The translations under genes and the position numbers were made by a program. DNA of 64,000 nt from Anaerolineaceae bacterium (GTDB lineage Bacteria; Chloroflexota; Anaerolineae; Anaerolineales; Anaerolineaceae): contig DAOUFF010000049.1 of NCBI GenBank assembly GCA_034430195.1, forward strand, positions 10,271-74,270, read 5' to 3'. This document shows positions 58,054-64,000 of this stretch, piece after piece (the first letter of the stretch is position 1; each line of letters starts with the position of its first letter). The notes beneath the pieces were generated by a model. That model was not told the DNA's origin and searched no databases. It saw nothing but the letters and a program-made list of their open reading frames with translations.

Positions 58054-59540
58054 TCGTTAGACTCCTCATTTTGTGGGCGGTCAGGTTCGGGCATCAGACC
58101 GCCTTCGGCTACATTCAGCACTTCAATTTTCGCATCCGGCGGGGTGCCGGTTTCTTGTTGAATCAACCGGCAGATTTGCCATGCTTTGGCGGCCACCTCA
58201 GCCGCGCTGTGGCGCGGGTCAGTTTCCAGCATCAGCCGGTATTTGGGTTCAGTACCCGAGTAGCGTGAATTCAGACGCACCAGGCCAGGCAAGTCTTGGT
58301 GAAGGCGCGCCAGCTGCGATTTCAGCGCGTTCATCTCTTCCAGGTCGGGTTTGCGCGCCACGTTGCAAGAGGCCACCAGCTGCGGATATTTTTGCATACT
58401 TCCAGCCAGGGCGGCCAGAGAGCGCTTTTCCTGGCCGGAGAGGGCGCGCAGCATATAAATAGCCGTTCGCAGTCCATCACCGGTATGGTGCGACTCATCC
58501 AGCAGGATGATATGACCGGATTGCTCCCCCCCTAGGCCGAAACCGCGCCGGGTTGGGTTTTCTGCCTCAAGGGTTAACAGCGCTTCGGTCACATATTTAT
58601 CGCCAACTGGTGTTTCGATCAATTTAAAGCCGCGGCTGGTTGCGTATTGGCTGAGCGCGCCGTTAGCCATGATGGTGGTTACCAGTGCATTTCCGCGCAG
58701 GAGGCCTTGTTGATGTAGAAAATCGGCCAAAATCGCCAGCATATGGTCGCCGTCAATCAGGCGGCCATTCTCATCCATCAGAATAGTACGATCGGCATCG
58801 CCATCAAAAGCAATCCCCAGGTCTGCCTGAGTTTGGCGGATCAGCCCGGCCAGCGCAGCCGGTTCCGAGCGGACGTGTTCTGAGCCGGCTTGCTGGTTAA
58901 TGACCGCCGAGGGGTCAGCGTGAATGGCAATGACTCGCGCTCCTAGCCGGTTGAAAATATCCGGTGCAGCCCGGCTGGCAGCGCCGTTGGCGCAGTCGAG
59001 CACGACAGTCATCCCGTGCAGGTCCAGCCCGTCTGCGCTGGCTAACAAATCTTGCAGGTATTCTTCATACAGTGCGCTTTGATCGCTGACCTGATGCGGG
59101 CGGGTTGAGGCCAGCCGGGTGAAGTCTTGCTGTTCCAAAAGCTGTTCAATCGCGGCTTCCTGCTCTTCGGCCAGCTTCATCCCCAGATGGTTTAGAAATT
59201 TAATCCCGTTTTCGGCGGCGGGGTTATGCGAGGCGGAGATGACCGCTCCGGCACTGGCGCCGGTGTGGCTGATGAGATAGGCGATAGCCGGCGTGGGCAG
59301 GACCCCCAGGTCTGCTACGTCGGCGCCGGCGTCAAGCAAACCACTGGTCAGCGCGTCGCGCAGCTCCGGGCCGGAAGGGCGTGTGTCGCGTCCAATTAAA
59401 AAGCGTGGACGGCAATTTTGCGCGCCGCAAAGCACCTGCGCTGCGGCCCAACCCAGGCGGTAGACAAAGCCGGCCTCCATTGGCGGCTGGCCGGCTGTAC
59501 CGCGGATGCCGTCAGTGCCGAAGTATTTCAGTTTTCTCAT
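58050..59540 (-). CDS. glmM: Phosphoglucosamine mutase
   Basis: Start moved to MRKLKYFGTDGIRG. SASHNPAAENGIKF, FDGDADR, GGEQSGH, RYSGTEP. Confidence 0.85.
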   Translation of the reverse strand: MRKLKYFGTDGIRGTAGQPPMEAGFVYRLGWAAAQVLCGAQNCRPRFLIGRDTRPSGPELRDALTSGLLDAGADVADLGVLPTPAIAYLISHTGASAGAVISASHNPAAENGIKFLNHLGMKLAEEQEAAIEQLLEQQDFTRLASTRPHQVSDQSALYEEYLQDLLASADGLDLHGMTVVLDCANGAASRAAPDIFNRLGARVIAIHADPSAVINQQAGSEHVRSEPAALAGLIRQTQADLGIAFDGDADRTILMDENGRLIDGDHMLAILADFLHQQGLLRGNALVTTIMANGALSQYATSRGFKLIETPVGDKYVTEALLTLEAENPTRRGFGLGGEQSGHIILLDESHHTGDGLRTAIYMLRALSGQEKRSLAALAGSMQKYPQLVASCNVARKPDLEEMNALKSQLARLHQDLPGLVRLNSRYSGTEPKYRLMLETDPRHSAAEVAAKAWQICRLIQQETGTPPDAKIEVLNVAEGGLMPEPDRPQNEESNE

Positions 59541-59560
59541 CTTATCGGGCCTTTCCACCG

Positions 59561-60454
59561 TTATTCCAGAACCAGGTCTGCCACAACGGGGAGATGGTCT
59601 GAAGCCAGTTCAGCTGTATCCCCTGAAACCACCCGACAGGAATACTCCAACAATCGACTGCGTGGGTAGAAAAAGATATGGTCAACGCAGCCGGCGCTCC
59701 CATGCGTGGGCATTGGGTTGGCAGGAACCAGCCGGGTGAAGCCATTTTCTTCTTCCAGAAGTGTCTTTATGGCAAATTCATCTTCCGGAGCGTTGAAATC
59801 GCCCATCATGATCAGCGGAAGCTGCGGGGTGAGAACGTGAACCTGCAGCAAGGCTAAAATGCGCCTCATTTGCTCTGTACGCACCGTATGGGCGGTGTTG
59901 ATCGTCTCTAAACTGGCGTTTTCATCGCGTTCGCCCACCAACGTGGTCAAATGAAGGTTTACGATGAATGGGAAAGGCGCGCTTTTCAAACGGCTCAGGA
60001 TGACGTAACGCGGGTCGGTATCGCGCGTTCCCTCGTAAAATAGCGGCTCGAAAATGGGGATATTGCGCGGGCTCCCATCCTTGTGAACGTTTCCGAGCCG
60101 ACTGAAAGACAGGCGCGAAAACAGGGCATTGCCCTTTGACCAATCGTACCAATCGTTGAACAAGCCATTGACCATGACGTCTTTTTTAACCTGCATGTGG
60201 GTTTTCATTGAGAGCGTCTCGCCGTAAAAAGTGTGGTTGAAGCGCCCTTCGCGCCGAATGCGGGTCAACATATTATGTGAAATGCCGTCGGCATCTACAT
60301 ATTGCGATAATTCCTGCACAGCCAACACATCTGGGCGGATTTCGGTGATCAGCTGCTGCAAAGCTTCAGATTTGTGTGAGGCCGGCACTTCCATTCCCGA
60401 GAAGTTTTTAATGCCTCCCCCAAGGTTGAGGGTCATGACGCGAATTTTCATCAT
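59561..60454 (-). CDS. Endonuclease/exonuclease/phosphatase (EEP) family protein
   Basis: IRVMTLNLGGG ... LAVQEL ... MGDFN ... SDHLPVVADL. Confidence 0.8.
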   Translation of the reverse strand: MMKIRVMTLNLGGGIKNFSGMEVPASHKSEALQQLITEIRPDVLAVQELSQYVDADGISHNMLTRIRREGRFNHTFYGETLSMKTHMQVKKDVMVNGLFNDWYDWSKGNALFSRLSFSRLGNVHKDGSPRNIPIFEPLFYEGTRDTDPRYVILSRLKSAPFPFIVNLHLTTLVGERDENASLETINTAHTVRTEQMRRILALLQVHVLTPQLPLIMMGDFNAPEDEFAIKTLLEEENGFTRLVPANPMPTHGSAGCVDHIFFYPRSRLLEYSCRVVSGDTAELASDHLPVVADLVLE

Positions 60455-60606
60455 TCAATGGCCATTCTTTCTATTTGTGAGCGAATTATACCAAGACCCG
60501 TCAGCCTCCAGAATGTCGATACGTTGGGCAGGTGCGGTGGATAAGCCTGGGGCTTGCGCTCACAGCGCAGGCCGGTAGAATCCAAATGGAAAGTACTGAG
60601 GCTGCC

Positions 60607-61518
60607 ATGATCAAGAAAACCGATCGCGATGATGAAATTACTCCCAAATCTTTGTTCCTAAGCCGGCGCCAGTTCCTAAAAACCATGGGGTTTACCGCTG
60701 CCGGTGCCTTTCTGGCAGCCTGTGCCGGTCAGCCGCTGACATTCAACGACCCAAACAAGTTTGCTGATGAACCCACCCCGCGTGATACCGCGCTTAATTT
60801 CAATAATTACTATGAGTTTTCGCTTTCAAAAGCGGTGGTGGCCAAGCTGGCCGGCGAACTGACGCTCAGCCCGTGGTCTCTGCAAGTGGATGGGCTGGTG
60901 GAAAAGCCAGCAGTCATTGATATGGCTGCCCTACCGGATGCCTTTAGCCTGGAAGAAAGGGTTTACCGCATGCGCTGCGTGGAAGGTTGGTCCATGGTTC
61001 TGCCATGGACGGGCTTCCCCCTCCGGCAGTTGTTGGATCAGGTGATGCCACTCCCCGAAGCGCGGTACGTCCTCTTTCAGTCTGTGCTGCGGCCGGAAGA
61101 AATGCCGGGTCAGCTTTCGTTGGATGACTATCCCTGGCCTTACACCGAAGGGCTGCGCCTGGACGAGGCCAGTCATGATCTGACCCTGCTCGCTGTCGGG
61201 CTGTATGGCGACCCGCTTGCGCCGCAGAATGGCGCGCCAATCCGGCTGGTTGTGCCCTGGAAGTACGGTTTTAAAAGTATCAAAGCACTCACGCGCATCA
61301 GCCTGGTGGCGGACCAGCCGCCTACTTTGTGGAACAGCCTGGCACCCCAGGAATATGGGTTCTATGCCAACGTTAACCCAGCCGTGGACCACCCACGTTG
61401 GACGCAGGCTACAGAAATTCGGTTAGGAGACAGTCAGCGTCGCCCCACCTTGCTGTATAACGGTTATGACGAAGTTGCTGATCTTTATGCCGGCATGGAT
61501 CTGAGCGAAAATTTTTAG
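60607..61518 (+). CDS. msrP: Protein-methionine-sulfoxide reductase catalytic subunit MsrP (YedY-type molybdoenzyme)
   Basis: Tat signal SRRQFLKTMGF. NNYYEF, EERVYRMRCVEGWSMVLPWTGFPL, QNGAPIRLVVPWKYGFKSIK, EYGFYANVNPAVDHPRWTQATE and PTLLYNGY are collinear with E. coli MsrP. Start at ATG 60607, with GAGG 8 nt upstream. Confidence 0.9.
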   Translation: MIKKTDRDDEITPKSLFLSRRQFLKTMGFTAAGAFLAACAGQPLTFNDPNKFADEPTPRDTALNFNNYYEFSLSKAVVAKLAGELTLSPWSLQVDGLVEKPAVIDMAALPDAFSLEERVYRMRCVEGWSMVLPWTGFPLRQLLDQVMPLPEARYVLFQSVLRPEEMPGQLSLDDYPWPYTEGLRLDEASHDLTLLAVGLYGDPLAPQNGAPIRLVVPWKYGFKSIKALTRISLVADQPPTLWNSLAPQEYGFYANVNPAVDHPRWTQATEIRLGDSQRRPTLLYNGYDEVADLYAGMDLSENF

Positions 61519-61603
61519 GCTGTGCCCATTGTTGACCAGCGGCAAGGCTGTTGACCAGAAGCTCAAACGGAGGCTGTGTTTTGAGTGAGCTAATGGGCAC
61601 AGC
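61519..61603. repeat. 12-bp perfect inverted repeat flanking a 61-nt spacer, immediately after the msrP stop
   Basis: GCTGTGCCCATT (61519-61530) / AATGGGCACAGC (61592-61603). The spacer holds a direct repeat TGTTGACCAG x2 (61530-61539, 61549-61558). Confidence 0.6.
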
Positions 61604-61809
61604 TGGCCAACGAGCAGCCAGGCTGGGCCCGGCCTGCGCAACAGCTGGCAGCCTGCGCTTGGTGCGGCCGGGCGGCCCCTCAACGCCGTACTACCTGACA
61701 ACCGGTATGGGGGGCGTGGCCAGTTGCTGGGCTGGCAGTGACGGAGGAGACGCACCGGGTTTACAGCGGCGCAGCGAATAGATTACTTGCGTTATAATCC
61801 GGACTTGAT

Positions 61810-63201
61810 ATGAATAAAGAAGCTGACAGCTCACCCCAGGGACCGGCTCCCCGCGACAAAAAGCGCAAGAAGCGCACCTGGTGGATAGCACTGGCAATTG
61901 TGGCAGCCCTGGTGGTCATTGGACTAGCGCTTTATCAGGTGCCGGCCATCCATGATCGGGCTTACTATCACCTGACCACACTGCGTTCGCGCATTTACTA
62001 TACCTTCCGACCTCCCGAAGAATCAGAATTTCAGCCTTCAAGCGATTCCACGCTGGATTTAAGCGCTTTGGCGGCCACGGCCAGCCCAACGCCGACCATT
62101 CAGCTGGCCACGGGAACAGCGCAGCAGGAAACCCCGCAGCCAACTGCGACTTTGCAGCCGACCGCTGTAGCGACGCCACTGCCCGAAGCCGTTTACCTGG
62201 AAGGCATTAAACAGGAATATCAACGCTTTAACAGCTGCGGCCCGACCAATCTGGCTTTTGCCCTGCGGTATTGGGGCTGGGTAGGTGACCCGATCGATAT
62301 CGAAGCTGTCCTCAAGCCGCGATTGGAAGACCGCAATGTGACGCCGGTCGAAATGATGACTTACATCCAGGATCACACCGAATTGGGCGCAGTACTGCGC
62401 TATAACGGAAACATTGAACTGCTGAAGCGCTTTGTGGCTGCCGGCTTCCCGGTGCTGGTGGAGCGTGGATACGTCAACCGCGATGATGGCTGGATGGGGC
62501 ATTATGGCGTCATCGATGGCTATGACGATAGCGTGGTGTTGGGCGGTAAGTATGACAATGTCATCGGGCTGAGCGAAACCCCCGGGGCAGTCCATATTCC
62601 CGATTCTTTCAACGGAAATATTTGGGTGACGTACGACAGCCTGCAATCCTATTGGGATGAATTTTCCGGTATTTACCTGGTGGTATTCCCAAAGGATCGT
62701 GAAAGTGAAGTCATGACGTTATTGGGCCCTGATGCAGACCCTGAATTCAATTTGAACCAGGCCATCAGCACGGTTTCAGCACGGCTTGAAAGCGTCGAGC
62801 AATCGCAGCGCTATTTCACCTTATACAGCCTGGGCGAACTGCTGGTGCTCAAGCAAGACTATGCCAACGCCGCTGCGGCTTTTGACGAGGCTTTTTCAGT
62901 ATATGGATACTTGCCGCCGGAAGACCGTCCCTGGCGGATGCTTTGGTATCAGGTGGGGCCCTATGAGGCATATTATCAGATGGGCCGCTATGACGACGTG
63001 GTAAGTTTGGCGTATAAAACCATTACCGATACGCCGCAGCCGGCACTGCCCGAGACTTTCTTGTGGAGCGGCCGGGCCAATGTGGCCTTGGGCAACACCT
63101 CCACCGCCATCTTTGATTTCAAACGTGCCCTGCAATGGCACCCGGGATGGCCGCCGGCCGTGCAGGAACTGGAAGCGCTCGGCGTTGATCCGCAAAGCTG
63201 A
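61810..63201 (+). CDS. Membrane-anchored C39-like cysteine peptidase domain protein with C-terminal TPR-like repeats
   Basis: N-terminal TM helix, a Thr/Pro-rich linker, YQRFNSCGPTNLAFALRYWGW (Cys), GWMGHYGVIDGYDD (His), and a TPR-like C-terminus (YYQMGRYDDVVSLAYK). Confidence 0.6.
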   Translation: MNKEADSSPQGPAPRDKKRKKRTWWIALAIVAALVVIGLALYQVPAIHDRAYYHLTTLRSRIYYTFRPPEESEFQPSSDSTLDLSALAATASPTPTIQLATGTAQQETPQPTATLQPTAVATPLPEAVYLEGIKQEYQRFNSCGPTNLAFALRYWGWVGDPIDIEAVLKPRLEDRNVTPVEMMTYIQDHTELGAVLRYNGNIELLKRFVAAGFPVLVERGYVNRDDGWMGHYGVIDGYDDSVVLGGKYDNVIGLSETPGAVHIPDSFNGNIWVTYDSLQSYWDEFSGIYLVVFPKDRESEVMTLLGPDADPEFNLNQAISTVSARLESVEQSQRYFTLYSLGELLVLKQDYANAAAAFDEAFSVYGYLPPEDRPWRMLWYQVGPYEAYYQMGRYDDVVSLAYKTITDTPQPALPETFLWSGRANVALGNTSTAIFDFKRALQWHPGWPPAVQELEALGVDPQS

Positions 63202-63242
63202 GCGAGGCTGGCTTTCAGCCTGAAGCAGAATTCGAGTCCCTT

Positions 63243-64000
63243 ATGTCTGATCCTAAGAACGATTTAAAAAAGCAGCTTGCAGCGCCATCCATTTGGCGCC
63301 GGCCCTGGGTATACCTGGGGATTCTTGCTGGTCTGATTGCAGCGGCTTTCGTGCTCTATCAGCTGCCCTTTATTCATGATCGGGCGTCTGTGTATGTCGA
63401 AAACTTGTACTCCAGCATCTATTATCGCCTGAACCCGCCTTCCGAAGCTGTTTTTGACCCTTCACAGCAGGGCACGGTCAGTGCACAAGTGGCTGCCACC
63501 ATTACCGCCATGGCTCCAACCAGCGAGCCGCTCCCGACCGGCACAGCCTCACCTGAACTGACGCCAACCGGGGCGGCAACGATGCTGCCCACCCTCACGC
63601 CCATTCCGGCGCCGGCCGCCTACACCCTAAAGGGCATGGGGCTGGAATATCAGACCTTCAACAACTGTGGGCCCGCCAATCTTTCGATGGATGTCACCTA
63701 TTGGGGTTGGCCGACCACCCAGGATGTGACTGAATCGCGGCTGAAAAGCCACCCAGACGACCGCAATGTCATGCTCACTGAAATGCTGGATTACGTCAGG
63801 ACGTATACCGAGCTGGACGGCCTCATTCGTTACGGCGGCACCATCGAGCGCATCAAGCCACTGATTGCGGCCGGCTTCCCGGTATTGTTGGAACGGGGTC
63901 ATACCGATCCGAAAGACGGTTGGATGGGCCATTACAGCATCATCACCGCCTATGATGATTCCAGCCGGACGGTGACCATTCCAGACACGCTTTTGGGCGT
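63243..64000 (+). CDS. Paralogue of the preceding C39-like/TPR protein, 3'-truncated by the window end
   Basis: Not in the ORF track. My translation from ATG 63243 reads MSDPKNDLKKQ ... WVYLGILAGLIAAAFVLYQLP ... YQTFNNCGPANLSMDVTYWGW ... GWMGHYSIITAYDD. The frame is open to base 64000. Confidence 0.6.
   Translation, partial: MSDPKNDLKKQLAAPSIWRRPWVYLGILAGLIAAAFVLYQLPFIHDRASVYVENLYSSIYYRLNPPSEAVFDPSQQGTVSAQVAATITAMAPTSEPLPTGTASPELTPTGAATMLPTLTPIPAPAAYTLKGMGLEYQTFNNCGPANLSMDVTYWGWPTTQDVTESRLKSHPDDRNVMLTEMLDYVRTYTELDGLIRYGGTIERIKPLIAAGFPVLLERGHTDPKDGWMGHYSIITAYDDSSRTVTIPDTLLG

Noticed and set aside
59561-60454. EEP nuclease/phosphatase, GIY-YIG, NUDIX and CYTH genes considered as parts of an anti-phage defence system
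   Set aside because: They are dispersed, each embedded in metabolic operons, and lack the companion ATPase, helicase, sensor or effector genes typical of defence islands.

Overview
64-kb window of a high-GC bacterial chromosome with about 66 protein-coding genes. I saw no rRNA, tRNA, CRISPR array, transposase or integrase. The gene content (LCP ligase, VanW, LysM, membrane-anchored C39-like/TPR proteins, MGDG-synthase-like GT, no outer-membrane genes) suggests a monoderm, possibly Chloroflexota/Anaerolineae-like organism; that is inference only. All functional calls come from motifs I recognise by eye, since no searches were run. The ORF track uses ATG, GTG and TTG starts and reports the longest ORF, so many 5' ends are over-extended; I moved starts where junction geometry, an RBS or family N-termini support it. 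Two edge-truncated genes are missing from the track: a penicillin-acylase family gene (1..1851, minus) and a second C39-like/TPR paralogue (63243..64000, plus). The dominant feature is a ~29-kb run of 28 tightly packed or overlapping minus-strand genes (7978..36807) encoding an ABC-transporter (Wzm/Wzt)-dependent glycan assembly locus. It carries two NeuB-type PEP-condensing synthases, three CMP-sugar-synthetase (CTP_transf_3-like) homologues (two of them novel-looking fusions), a PseB-type dehydratase, several redox enzymes and methyltransferases. It also has three candidate ulosonic-acid transferases (one Cst/Maf-like, two KpsC/KpsS-like) and an EPS-type MarR regulator. It does not match a textbook neu, pse or leg operon and is my best candidate for an undescribed system: a nonulosonic-acid-containing cell-envelope glycopolymer with unusual biosynthetic logic. 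The rest of the window is mostly housekeeping (kbl, udg, rimI-tsaB-tsaE, hutU, glmM, ptsH, msrP). Within it there are a few oddities: a GIY-YIG-galactokinase fusion, an 849-aa phosphohexomutase coupled to glmM, a tight 4-gene operon ending in CYTH and NUDIX enzymes, and a structured 0.5-kb leader upstream of an MFS transporter.
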